Sequence record: DRR723986_5034 | Reading direction: 5' to 3' (one strand) | DNA length: 55,458 nucleotides | Shown here: piece by piece, positions 1 through 9,267 of the stretch | Layout: the number at the start of each line of letters is the position of its first letter | Position numbering within the stretch: the stretch's first letter is position 1 | Position numbers and translations under genes: made by a program | Notes under the pieces: generated by a model | Seen by the model: the letters and a program-made list of their open reading frames with translations, nothing else | Told to the model about the DNA's origin: nothing | Databases searched by the model: none

Positions 1-250
1 TGAACATAATTTCAACCATAGGCCTAAGGCCCGTCATGGCAGCGCCGACAGCCATACCCACAAAAGCGGTCTCTGATATGGGCGTGTTTATTACCCTGTC
101 TGTACCGTAAGTTTGCGCCAAACCACGGGTAACGCCAAAAACGCCGTCCGCTATGTCCTCACCGATGCATATAACATATGGGTCTGCCGCCATGACATGA
201 TGCATAGCTTGATTAAGCGCAGCTTCATATGTCATCGGCTTGCTGCTCAT
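1..250 (-). CDS. 2-oxoacid/acetoin dehydrogenase E1 beta subunit (N-terminal part, runs off the window; not in ORF track)
   Basis: Manual translation from ATG 250: MSSKPMTYEAALNQAMHHVMAADPYVICIGEDIADGVFGVTRGLAQTYGTDRVINTPISETAFVGMAVGAAMTGLRPMVEIMF; GED, TPISE and GLRP motifs; ATGA overlap with the alpha-subunit stop. Confidence 0.9.
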   Translation of the reverse strand, partial: MSSKPMTYEAALNQAMHHVMAADPYVICIGEDIADGVFGVTRGLAQTYGTDRVINTPISETAFVGMAVGAAMTGLRPMVEIMF

Positions 251-1194
251 GACGGCGCACCGGAGAGGGCGTGCCAGTGGCTTAATTGCTGGCGACCGGT
301 TTTAGGTGTTTTGAGTGCTTCTGCAATGGCCGTTCGGGCCTGGCTTGCCGCCTCTTTTTTTGCATGCTCACAGTCTGCTTCAGTGTATCCATTTGCCAAC
401 AAGTGCGCTTCAAACAGCTGTAATGCGGTACCGACATCATTATTTTTCAGGCTTGTTTGTTGCTCCCCGTAATAATGTCCATCATCTCTGGTAATAGACA
501 CTTCAACAAATGCTGGCGTGAACAACCGCGCGGCCTTTGTCGCCGCCGAAAAAGCAGCAACACAAGCCTCAAAATTTTTGCCGTCTGCCTTGCTGGCCTT
601 GAGGCCAAAAGACGCCGCCCTTTCTGTGAAACTATCGCCACCGCTGGCAAACTGGACACTCGTGGTTTGAGCCATGCCATTGTTGAAAAGAACGAAAACC
701 ATCGGCAACGAAAGTGTAACGGCCAAATTCATTGCCTCCATAACCGCACCTTGATTGGCGGCACCGTCACCAAAAGTCGCAACACCAATACCACCGGTTT
801 TTTTTGTTTTCGCCGTTAGCGCTGCCCCTGCAGCAAGCGGCACCTGCGCGCCGACAATACCGTTTGATGTAAGAAAACCAGCCTCGGGGGCCATAAGGTG
901 CTGTGTGCCTGCCATGCCATCAGACAGGCCACCAACCCGGCCCAATATCTCTTTGGCTATATCTTCAGGGCGCGCGCCCGCAGCAAGGGCAAGGCCATGA
1001 CTTCTGTGCGACCCTGTTACCTGATCAATTTTTGCATCAAGCACAGAAGCTAAAGCAACCTCGGCCACTTCTGCGCCTGTGGACAGATGCACAAGGCCCG
1101 GCACTTCGCCTGCATCGCTTTGTTTCGCAATCTCACGCTCGAAAGCGCGAATGAAGCAAGCCCGGGTGAAAGAATGCAGTTGATCAGTTTTCAT
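247..1194 (-). CDS. TPP-dependent dehydrogenase E1 alpha subunit (AcoA/PdhA-like, divergent)
   Basis: GLVHLSTGAE, HRSHG, NGIVGAQVPLAAGAAL and the TPP motif GDGA..NQG...NN. Confidence 0.88.
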   Translation of the reverse strand: MKTDQLHSFTRACFIRAFEREIAKQSDAGEVPGLVHLSTGAEVAEVALASVLDAKIDQVTGSHRSHGLALAAGARPEDIAKEILGRVGGLSDGMAGTQHLMAPEAGFLTSNGIVGAQVPLAAGAALTAKTKKTGGIGVATFGDGAANQGAVMEAMNLAVTLSLPMVFVLFNNGMAQTTSVQFASGGDSFTERAASFGLKASKADGKNFEACVAAFSAATKAARLFTPAFVEVSITRDDGHYYGEQQTSLKNNDVGTALQLFEAHLLANGYTEADCEHAKKEAASQARTAIAEALKTPKTGRQQLSHWHALSGAPS

Positions 1195-1337
1195 GGTTAA
1201 TGCCTACACCAACTCATAGAGCGTCGCCACAGATAATCAAAACCTAACTGCTCTTTGCTTGGCATAAATAAGTAGAAAACTAACAGACACCGTACCGAAG
1301 AAGGTTGACTCGTAACCCCTACATCCCATATGTAAAC

Positions 1338-1354
1338 ATGACTTATTTAGTCAT
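1338..1354. promoter_or_regulatory. Palindromic operator ATGACT-N5-AGTCAT upstream of the Rrf2-suf operon
   Basis: Perfect 6-bp arms; lies just downstream of TTGACT (1305-1310) ... CCCATAT (1325-1331) promoter-like elements. Confidence 0.55.
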
Positions 1355-1401
1355 ATATATTCCATTTTGGTCAAACATCACGGGCAAGAAGGGTTAACCC
1401 C

Positions 1402-1860
1402 ATGATAAGGCTTACAAATTTAGCGGACTATGCCGTTATTCTAATGTGCGAAATTGCTGGTGCAGCCGACCGTATTAGCGCGCAAGAGCTATCGACCACC
1501 ACCAACATTCCCGTGCCGACAGTCTCTAAAATATTAAACGCGCTTGGACGCGGTGGTTTACTGGTATCACACCGCGGACTGAAAGGCGGCTTTGCCCTTG
1601 CCCGCCCTACTGACGAGATCACGGCTGCAGACATCATTGAAGCAATCGACGGCCCCATTGCCCTCACAAGCTGCACCGAGCCATCAGACAATGACTGTAG
1701 TTACACCGACATTTGTTCTATGCGGCCCAAATGGCAGGTAATCAACGGTGCCGTTAAAGGCGCCCTGGATGATGTGACGCTTTCATCACTGATAACGCCC
1801 ATAGGCGGCGAAGAGCTCGCGGCCCAGTTTGAAGCCCAGGCGATGAGTGCCGGAGCATAA
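1402..1860 (+). CDS. Rrf2-family SUF system transcriptional regulator
   Basis: MIRLTNLADYA start, RGLKGGFALAR wing, three Cys in the C-terminal half; first gene of the suf operon. Confidence 0.92.
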   Translation: MIRLTNLADYAVILMCEIAGAADRISAQELSTTTNIPVPTVSKILNALGRGGLLVSHRGLKGGFALARPTDEITAADIIEAIDGPIALTSCTEPSDNDCSYTDICSMRPKWQVINGAVKGALDDVTLSSLITPIGGEELAAQFEAQAMSAGA

Positions 1861-1949
1861 AAAAAGGCCAGAGCTTAAAAGATACCAAAGCGCATGACTA
1901 AGTTAAATACGACACTATTAAAGTAATTGATTAACAAGGAGCCAGCCAG

Positions 1950-3419
1950 ATGGCAGGTACCCAAGAAACCCAACAACAGGTTGCGGAAATAACCGGCGAT
2001 TACAAGTATGGTTTTTCGACCGATGTTGAAATGGACATGGCCCCTAAAGGCTTGTCGGAAGATATCGTACGTTTTATTTCCGCCAAAAAAGACGAGCCTG
2101 AGTGGCTACTTAATTGGCGACTGAAAGCATACCGCGCTTGGTTAAAGATGGAAGAACCTGAATGGGCAAAGGTCAACTACCCGAAAGTTGACTATGACGA
2201 TGTATATTTCTATGCAGCACCCAAAAGCCAAGACAAACCAAAAAGCCTTGACGAAGTTGATCCAGAGTTGCTGCGCGTATACGAGAAGCTGGGCATTCCC
2301 CTCGCCGAGCAAGAAGTGCTGGCCGGCGTTGAAGGCGCGCGCAAAATAGCGATTGATGCCGTGTTTGATAGCGTGTCTGTTGCCACAACTTTCCGCGAGG
2401 AGCTTAAGAAAGCTGGCGTGATTTTCATGTCAATTTCGGAAGCGGTGCATGAATACCCTGAACTGGTTCAGAAATATATGGGCACTGTGGTACCGCAGCG
2501 TGACAATTATTTTGCGGCTCTGAATTGCGCGGTATTTTCAGACGGCACATTTGTCTACATCCCGAAAGGGGTGCGTTGCCCAATGGAACTGTCTACATAT
2601 TTCCGCATTAATGCGGAAAACACCGGCCAGTTTGAACGCACGCTGATTGTTGCGGAAGAGGGCTCATATGTGTCTTACCTTGAGGGCTGCACCGCCCCCA
2701 TGCGCGACGAAAACCAACTGCATGCTGCCGTGGTTGAACTTGTGGCGCTGGATGATGCCGAAATCAAATATTCTACGGTGCAAAATTGGTACCCCGGCGA
2801 TAAAGATGGCAAAGGCGGTATCTATAATTTCGTCACCAAACGTGCGCTGTGTAAGGGCAAAAATTCGAAGGTGTCATGGACCCAAGTTGAAACCGGCTCA
2901 GCCGTTACCTGGAAATACCCCAGCTGCGTGCTGGCCGGTGAGGGCTCTGTCGGCGAGTTTTACTCGGTTGCCGTGACTAACAACCTGCAGCAGGCGGACA
3001 CAGGCACAAAGATGATCCATATGGCGCCGAACACGCGCTCGACGATTATCTCCAAGGGTATTTCGGCTGGTCGTTCCCAGAACTGTTACCGTGGTTTGGT
3101 GAAGGTTTTGTCGGGCGCAGAAAATGTGCGCAATTACACCCAGTGCGACTCGCTTTTGGTTTCCTCGACCAGCGGCGCGCACACAGTGCCTTACATTGAA
3201 GTGAAAAACCCCACTGCCCAAATTGAGCATGAAGCAACCACATCCAAAATATCGGATGATCAGCTATTCTACTGTCAGGCCCGCGGGCTGGACGAAGAAG
3301 AAGCGGTCGCCATGATCGTGAACGGATTTTGTAAAGAAGTAATGCAACACCTTCCCATGGAATTTGCCGTAGAAGCCCAAAAACTTCTTGGTATTTCCCT
3401 TGAAGGCAGCGTTGGATAA
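1950..3419 (+). CDS. sufB: Fe-S cluster assembly protein SufB
   Basis: [42 protein letters not shown]-terminus; AGGAG RBS. Confidence 0.98.
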   Translation: MAGTQETQQQVAEITGDYKYGFSTDVEMDMAPKGLSEDIVRFISAKKDEPEWLLNWRLKAYRAWLKMEEPEWAKVNYPKVDYDDVYFYAAPKSQDKPKSLDEVDPELLRVYEKLGIPLAEQEVLAGVEGARKIAIDAVFDSVSVATTFREELKKAGVIFMSISEAVHEYPELVQKYMGTVVPQRDNYFAALNCAVFSDGTFVYIPKGVRCPMELSTYFRINAENTGQFERTLIVAEEGSYVSYLEGCTAPMRDENQLHAAVVELVALDDAEIKYSTVQNWYPGDKDGKGGIYNFVTKRALCKGKNSKVSWTQVETGSAVTWKYPSCVLAGEGSVGEFYSVAVTNNLQQADTGTKMIHMAPNTRSTIISKGISAGRSQNCYRGLVKVLSGAENVRNYTQCDSLLVSSTSGAHTVPYIEVKNPTAQIEHEATTSKISDDQLFYCQARGLDEEEAVAMIVNGFCKEVMQHLPMEFAVEAQKLLGISLEGSVG

Positions 3420-3433
3420 ATAGGCCAAATATT

Positions 3434-4171
3434 ATGTTAACTGTCAGTGATTTACGCGTAAGCGTTGAAGAAAAAGAAATTATCAAAGGTTTGAACCTTG
3501 AGGTAAAGGCAGGTGAAGTACACGCCATTATGGGCCTTAACGGAGCCGGAAAATCTACGCTTGCAAACGCCATCGCAGGCCGCAGTGACTATGAAGTGAC
3601 CGCAGGCACAATCGAGTTTGACGGCAAAGACATTAGCGAGCTTGAACCGCACGAACGCGTGGGCGAAGGCCTGTTCCTTGGGTTTCAGTATCCGGTTGAA
3701 ATTCCCGGTGTATCCAACTTGAACTTCATGCGCACAGCCCTGAACGGCGTGCGGCGTTACCGCGGTGAAGAAGATATGTCTGCCGCAGAATTTATGAAGC
3801 TGGTACGCGCGAAAGCCGCTGACCTGAAAATGGATGTAGACATGCTCAAGCGCTTCGTCAATGTCGGCTTTTCGGGCGGCGAGAAAAAGCGTAATGAAAT
3901 GGTCCAGATGGCGGTGTTGAACCCCAAGCTAGCGGTGTTGGACGAAACCGACTCCGGGCTTGATATTGATGCCCTTAAAGTTGTCGCAGAGGGCATTAAC
4001 GCCCAGCGCAAAAACGATACGGCCATTCTGTTGATTACGCATTATCAGCGTTTACTTAACTACGTTCAGCCAGATGTCGTGCATGTAATGATCGACGGTA
4101 AAATCATCAAATCCGGCGGTAAGGAACTGGCTGCAGAGCTTGAAGAAAAAGGCTATGCGGACGTCGCGTAA
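3434..4171 (+). CDS. sufC: Fe-S cluster assembly ATPase SufC
   Basis: Walker A GLNGAGKST, FQYPVEIPGV, GFSGGEKKRNE, LDETDSGLDIDAL, ITHYQRLL. Confidence 0.98.
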   Translation: MLTVSDLRVSVEEKEIIKGLNLEVKAGEVHAIMGLNGAGKSTLANAIAGRSDYEVTAGTIEFDGKDISELEPHERVGEGLFLGFQYPVEIPGVSNLNFMRTALNGVRRYRGEEDMSAAEFMKLVRAKAADLKMDVDMLKRFVNVGFSGGEKKRNEMVQMAVLNPKLAVLDETDSGLDIDALKVVAEGINAQRKNDTAILLITHYQRLLNYVQPDVVHVMIDGKIIKSGGKELAAELEEKGYADVA

Positions 4172-4205
4172 ACCTAAGACTAACGTTTTCCAGGAGTAAC
4201 GGCGC

Positions 4206-5507
4206 ATGCCGGAGTTAACAACAACTTATCAGGATCAGGTGTCGGCTTTAAAAGGCACACTTGCAGGATTGGATAATTTGCGCGAAACAGCCATCGGTAA
4301 ATTCACCCAAGCCGGGTTTCCAAATACCCGCCATGAGGACTGGCGCTATAGCGACATAAAGCAGTTGCGCGGACAATCTTATGCAGCGGCTCAGCAATCC
4401 TCTGGCGCTAAGATCCCCGCAACAATTTGCGAAACAGCAGCCCGTATCGTGCTAGTTAATGGCTGTTTTGATCCAGAACAAAGTGATTTGGGCACAATAG
4501 AGCAAACCGTTTCGGTTCAGTCTCTCGCCGATCATTTGGTCGCCAACAGTGACAGCGCAAGCCAGCTGCACAGCGGTACCGATGCGGTCAGCATTTTAAA
4601 CACCGCTTTGATGCGCGATGGTTTGGTTTTTTCAATTCCTGCGGGCGTTGAAATTGAAAAGCCCATTGAGATTACCCACATCATGGCTAGGGCAGATAAT
4701 GCCGCCGCCCATGTGCGCCATCTCGTTGAACTGGGCGAAGGGGCAAAAGCCACCATTCTTGAACAGTTTATTGGGGATGACAGTAGCTATTGGTTTAATT
4801 CTGTTGTCCAAGCGCGGGTCGCCAAAGGCGCAGCGCTTAATCATTACCGGTTGCAAACCGAAGGGGCTCAAGCCGTTCATACCGCCAGAGCTGTTGTCAG
4901 CGTTGACGCTGATGGTGCCTACAATGCGTGCAATATTTCACTGGGTGCATCTTTGGCGCGCTTTGAAGCGCAGGTGCAAATACTGGCGGGCGGTGCCAAT
5001 GCCACCATTGACGGCGTTGCGCTCGCGGCAAGCCAACAAAGCCATGACATGCTGGTGCATGTAGACCACCAAATGCCGTCCTCTAACAGTGATCAGATAT
5101 TCCGCACGGTTGCAGACGCACAAGGTAAAAGCTCGTTTCAGGGCAAAATTACCGTGGCTGTCGACGCACAACAAACCCTGGCTGACCAATCATTTAAAGC
5201 GTTGTTGCTTGACCGCACCGCTGAAGCCAACGCGAAGCCAGAATTGGAAATTTTCGCGGACGACGTAAAATGCAGCCATGGCGCAACAATCGGCGAACTG
5301 GACAATAAGGCGATGTTCTACCTTATGTCTCGCGGCATTGACCCGACCACAGCACGACAAATGCTGGTGGAAGCTTTCACCGACGATGCATTGGCCCGCA
5401 TTGACAATGATTCCATAGCTGATGCTTTCCGCGCGCGTATCCGCGCCTGGATGATGGCCCATGCGCCGTCAACCCAAGGTTCACTTGCCGGGAAAGATGC
5501 AGCCTAA
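4206..5507 (+). CDS. sufD: Fe-S cluster assembly protein SufD
   Basis: EDWRYS, KPELEIFADDVKCSHGATIG, FYLMSRGI; operon position. Confidence 0.96.
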   Translation: MPELTTTYQDQVSALKGTLAGLDNLRETAIGKFTQAGFPNTRHEDWRYSDIKQLRGQSYAAAQQSSGAKIPATICETAARIVLVNGCFDPEQSDLGTIEQTVSVQSLADHLVANSDSASQLHSGTDAVSILNTALMRDGLVFSIPAGVEIEKPIEITHIMARADNAAAHVRHLVELGEGAKATILEQFIGDDSSYWFNSVVQARVAKGAALNHYRLQTEGAQAVHTARAVVSVDADGAYNACNISLGASLARFEAQVQILAGGANATIDGVALAASQQSHDMLVHVDHQMPSSNSDQIFRTVADAQGKSSFQGKITVAVDAQQTLADQSFKALLLDRTAEANAKPELEIFADDVKCSHGATIGELDNKAMFYLMSRGIDPTTARQMLVEAFTDDALARIDNDSIADAFRARIRAWMMAHAPSTQGSLAGKDAA

Positions 5508-6763
5508 TGCCTGATTCAGCCAATCATATCAGCCAAAACCCAGCACCGCTGGATGTTGCCGCCATTCGAGCAGATTTCCCGATTTTAAGCGAAACTGTCT
5601 ACGGTAAGCCGCTCATTTTTCTTGATTCTGCAGCAAGCGCGCAAAAGCCAAGTGTGGTGATCAACGCTGAAAAAGACCTGTTTGAGCAATATTACGCCAA
5701 CATCCATCGCGGCGTTTATAAATTCAGCCAAGATGCAACCGAGGCGTATGAGCAAACCCGCGAAACAGTGCGCGCGTTCATCAATGCGAAAAAATCACGA
5801 GAATGTATTTTTGTTCGCGGGGCCACCGAGGGCATTAATTTGGTTGCCCAAACATGGGGCCGGGAAAATATCGGCGCAGGCGACGAGATTATTCTGTCCG
5901 AACTTGAGCACCATTCAAACATTGTTCCCTGGCAAATGCTGGCAGAGGAAAAAGGTGCGTCTATCAAAGTTATTCCGCTATTAGATGATGGCTCGATAGA
6001 CATGGACGTTTTTGCAAAGCTTTTGAATGAGCGCACAAAATTAGTGGCGGTTGCTCATATTTCCAACGCCATTGGCACGCACCTTCCGGTTGAAGACATT
6101 ATCCAGTCCGCTCATGCTGTGGGGGCAAAAGTGCTTATTGATGGCTGCCAGGCGGCGCCGCACTGCGCAATTGACGTGCAAGCTCTGGATGCGGATTTTT
6201 ACGCTTTCTCCGCCCACAAAGTATATGGGCCAACAGGCGTCGGGGTTTTGTACGGCAAAGAAGAATTGCTTGATGCCATGCCACCATGGCAAGGCGGCGG
6301 CGATATGATCTCAACGGTTACATTCGCCAAGACAACCTATAACGACCTGCCACATAAATTTGAGGCAGGTACCCCCAATATTTCGGGCGGCATAGCGTTT
6401 AAACACGCGCTTGATTACGTCAGCAATATTGGCTTTGACCGGATCGCAGCGCATGAGGCAGACCTGCGTGATTATGCCATTAGCCAATTGGAAGGGTCCA
6501 ATAGTGTGCGCTTAATCGGGACCGCTGAAGGCAAAGGGGCGATCATTAGTTTTGTGATGCAAGAAGCACACCCGCATGATATTGGCACTATTCTAGACCG
6601 GCAGGGTATTGCCGTGCGGGCAGGGCATCACTGTGCACAACCCGTGATGGAGCGATTTGGCATTCCCGGCACTGTAAGAGCAAGCTTCGGTATTTATAAT
6701 GACCGCAATGACGTTGACAGGCTGATGGAAGGCCTGAAGAAGGTAGTGGATATTTTCGGATGA
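5507..6763 (+). CDS. sufS: Cysteine desulfurase SufS
   Basis: LDSAASAQKP, ANIHRG, SAHKVYGPTG (PLP Lys), RAGHHCAQP catalytic Cys. Confidence 0.97.
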   Translation: MPDSANHISQNPAPLDVAAIRADFPILSETVYGKPLIFLDSAASAQKPSVVINAEKDLFEQYYANIHRGVYKFSQDATEAYEQTRETVRAFINAKKSRECIFVRGATEGINLVAQTWGRENIGAGDEIILSELEHHSNIVPWQMLAEEKGASIKVIPLLDDGSIDMDVFAKLLNERTKLVAVAHISNAIGTHLPVEDIIQSAHAVGAKVLIDGCQAAPHCAIDVQALDADFYAFSAHKVYGPTGVGVLYGKEELLDAMPPWQGGGDMISTVTFAKTTYNDLPHKFEAGTPNISGGIAFKHALDYVSNIGFDRIAAHEADLRDYAISQLEGSNSVRLIGTAEGKGAIISFVMQEAHPHDIGTILDRQGIAVRAGHHCAQPVMERFGIPGTVRASFGIYNDRNDVDRLMEGLKKVVDIFG

Positions 6764-7290
6764 CGGATGAAATTAAAAGAGACGTTCTGGATGTGGCGGC
6801 AACAGATGTGCCACCAGAAAACCAGCCAAAAAAGATAGAACGCCCGGTGGTAAGCCCGCAAGAAGGTGCCTATTTTCTGGATAAATTTTTAGACCAGAGT
6901 TCGGAAACCGAATCAGTTGATTCGCCTGATTCGAAAACTGATTCGAACGATGTTGTACCAGCTGAAAAATCAATACCTGCATCCACAGAGGAGCTGCAAG
7001 GCAACATCGTGTCCGCGCTGCAGGAAATATTTGACCCTGAAATTCCCGTGAACATATATGAACTGGGCTTGATTTACGGTGTTGATGTAGCTGAAGATTT
7101 TTCTGCCCGCGTTACCATGACGCTGACAACCCCGCATTGCCCAGTGGCAGAGTCCATGCCGGGCGAAGTGGAAATGAAGGTAAACTCTGTTGACGGCGTT
7201 AATGGTTGCCAGGTGGATTTGGTTTGGGAGCCGCCTTGGGATATGACCAAAATGTCCGATGAAGCGCGTTTGGAACTGGGTTTATTGTGA
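6760..7290 (+). CDS. sufT: SUF system protein SufT (DUF59/FeS_assembly_P) with acidic N-terminal extension
   Basis: DPEIPVNIYELGLIY, MTLTTPHCPVA, WEPPW..MSDEARLELG. Confidence 0.9.
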   Translation: MTDEIKRDVLDVAATDVPPENQPKKIERPVVSPQEGAYFLDKFLDQSSETESVDSPDSKTDSNDVVPAEKSIPASTEELQGNIVSALQEIFDPEIPVNIYELGLIYGVDVAEDFSARVTMTLTTPHCPVAESMPGEVEMKVNSVDGVNGCQVDLVWEPPWDMTKMSDEARLELGLL

Positions 7291-7298
7291 AAGGCAAG

Positions 7299-7631
7299 AT
7301 GATGAAATCAGCAATAGAAATTACCGACAAAGCCGCCGATCACATTCGCGCACTCTTGGCTAAAAATGCAGACGCCGTTGGCATCAAGCTGGGTACAGAA
7401 ACCCATGGCTGTTCTGGGCTTGGCTATACGGTGGATTACCTGACCGCTGAAGACCCAGCTTGCGAAGTGGTAGAAGACAAGGGCGTGAAGGTTTTTATCG
7501 ACCGCAAATCGCTTTTGTTTTTGCTGGGCACACAAATGGACTGGGAAGACACCATGTTTTCTACCGGTTTTAAATTCACCAATCCCAATGAAAAAGGCCG
7601 CTGTGGTTGCGGTGAAAGCTTCCACGTATAA
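7299..7631 (+). CDS. A-type Fe-S carrier (SufA/IscA, HesB family)
   Basis: GCSGLGY and NPNEKGRCGCGESF; start at ATG 7299/7302 (GTG 7287 is an alternative). Confidence 0.95.
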   Translation: MMKSAIEITDKAADHIRALLAKNADAVGIKLGTETHGCSGLGYTVDYLTAEDPACEVVEDKGVKVFIDRKSLLFLLGTQMDWEDTMFSTGFKFTNPNEKGRCGCGESFHV

Positions 7632-7705
7632 TGGCAGATGCTGTTGTTACTTCGAGTAGCTGCCTCAATTGAATAATTTGTTGCAGCAATAGCAGGAAAC
7701 TAAAC

Positions 7706-8230
7706 TCAGCTTTTACCGATATCTTTGCTGTAACATAAACCTGCCCACAAAATAACGTCGCCGACTTTTTCAACGGTCATATGATCAAGATAGTATAGGC
7801 CTTGCACATTATTTTGGTTTGATAGCGCGTCAGTATACCCCAATATTGTTGGCATAACGTAATGGACCAAGGAACCGCCGGGTCCAAAAAGTAAATCCAA
7901 CTCTTCGGGATCGCACAGCACTTTTTCCAACAAAGGATATCCAGCTTTCGCAACCCAGTCTTCCTCGTCTGGACCACCATGCCTTTCGTCATCTTTTTTG
8001 CGTTTGGCAACATAATTTTCCCAGGCCTTTTCGCTAGCGGTGCACAGAAGAGCCAACGGTATTTCCAGCCGAAAGCGATGCTCAATCAGTGTTGCGCGGG
8101 CACTACTCAAACTCATATTTGGAATACGGATAAGACTTGGCGCTACGCCAGTACCGTCAACAGTAAAAGATATATTGGATCGTGTGGTGTTCATTCCAAA
8201 CTGTCTACCACCGCACCCTATCAGACGCAA
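7706..8230 (-). CDS. Hypothetical protein
   Basis: 174-codon ORF filling the gap between sufA and arfB; no recognised motif; start uncertain. Confidence 0.5.
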   Translation of the reverse strand: MRLIGCGGRQFGMNTTRSNISFTVDGTGVAPSLIRIPNMSLSSARATLIEHRFRLEIPLALLCTASEKAWENYVAKRKKDDERHGGPDEEDWVAKAGYPLLEKVLCDPEELDLLFGPGGSLVHYVMPTILGYTDALSNQNNVQGLYYLDHMTVEKVGDVILWAGLCYSKDIGKS

Positions 8231-8296
8231 ATTCGAAAACAGTATTGCAAAGCGATAAGAATAGCAGTTTAGAACAGCAATAATTTGTGGTCAGTG

Positions 8297-8719
8297 TCAC
8301 TCAAACTTGGTGACTTTACCACGTGTTTTCTTCCGATCGCTGGTAATTTTCTTAGTGGTTAGTCGTTTTTCTTTAGACGACCGGGATGGGCGCGTTTTAA
8401 CCCTGTAAACAGGCTTCACCGCCGCCTTCTTTAACAAATCTATCAGCCGTTCAATGGCATCGCGGCGATTTTCGCCCTGTGTGCGGAAACGGTTTGCGGT
8501 CAACACCAATACACCGTCTCGGGTCAATTTCTTGCCCGCAATGACTTTCAACCGCACAAACATTTTATCGTCAATTACCGGCGACTGCCGCGCATTAAAC
8601 CTGAGCTGAACTGCAGTGGCTACTTTGTTGACATTCTGCCCGCCCGGTCCTGCCGAGCGAATAAAGCTGAGCTGCACGTCACTTTCATTCAGGCTTATGT
8701 CAGGGGTAATTTCAAGCAT
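8297..8719 (-). CDS. arfB: Alternative ribosome-rescue peptidyl-tRNA hydrolase ArfB
   Basis: GPGGQNVNKVATAVQLRF and a basic C-terminal tail. Confidence 0.96.
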   Translation of the reverse strand: MLEITPDISLNESDVQLSFIRSAGPGGQNVNKVATAVQLRFNARQSPVIDDKMFVRLKVIAGKKLTRDGVLVLTANRFRTQGENRRDAIERLIDLLKKAAVKPVYRVKTRPSRSSKEKRLTTKKITSDRKKTRGKVTKFE

Positions 8720-8819
8720 CTGTCAACATACCACCTCTGCGCGCCGCTACAATGGCCCTATGGACCAAGTAGTCTTTTCAAAAAGCCGTGCTATAGTGTT
8801 GCAAAGTTGGAGAAATATT

Positions 8820-9227
8820 ATGCGCAAACTATCCTTACTACTGTTGGTCGGCACACTTTTCACAGCACCTGTTTTCACTGCTTCTGCTAAAAGCCCTACA
8901 TCAAGTGAAAAGGCAAGAATTGAACAGTTAGAACAGGAAGTACGGGAATTAACAAAAGAACTGAATGCCATGCGAATGCAATATACTGCGCTTCAAACAC
9001 GTCTCCAAAAAGCGCGCAACATTCTGGGTGGCAAAACTACTGCCAATGCGTCCAGCGAAATGGGCCTTGATGCAGAATCTTGTATGTATCGGCTCTCTGA
9101 GTTGAAGCAAACTCAGGAAAAATTAAGAACATTGGGATATAAAAGCGAACATCCAGATGTTGTTAATATAGACAGACAAACCAGCAAGGTAACGCTTGAG
9201 TGTGATGCTGAAAAAAGCGGTCGATAA
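8820..9227 (+). CDS. Exported coiled-coil hypothetical protein
   Basis: GGAG RBS before ATG 8820; signal peptide MRKLSLLLLVGTLFTAPVFTASA; heptad coiled coil. Confidence 0.75.
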   Translation: MRKLSLLLLVGTLFTAPVFTASAKSPTSSEKARIEQLEQEVRELTKELNAMRMQYTALQTRLQKARNILGGKTTANASSEMGLDAESCMYRLSELKQTQEKLRTLGYKSEHPDVVNIDRQTSKVTLECDAEKSGR

Positions 9228-9267
9228 ACGTTAATTTAAAAACATAACGCTGCATTTTTGTCTAGGA

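Noticed and set aside
3434-4171. SufC Walker A variant GLNGAGKST
   Set aside because: Change is at a variable position; catalytic GKST and other motifs are intact
8616-8819. ORF-track N-terminal extensions (also for EVE, SixA, rpsA, ihfB, TIGR02300, amidohydrolase)
   Set aside because: Overlap neighbouring genes or leaders; downstream starts have an RBS and/or family-typical N-termini
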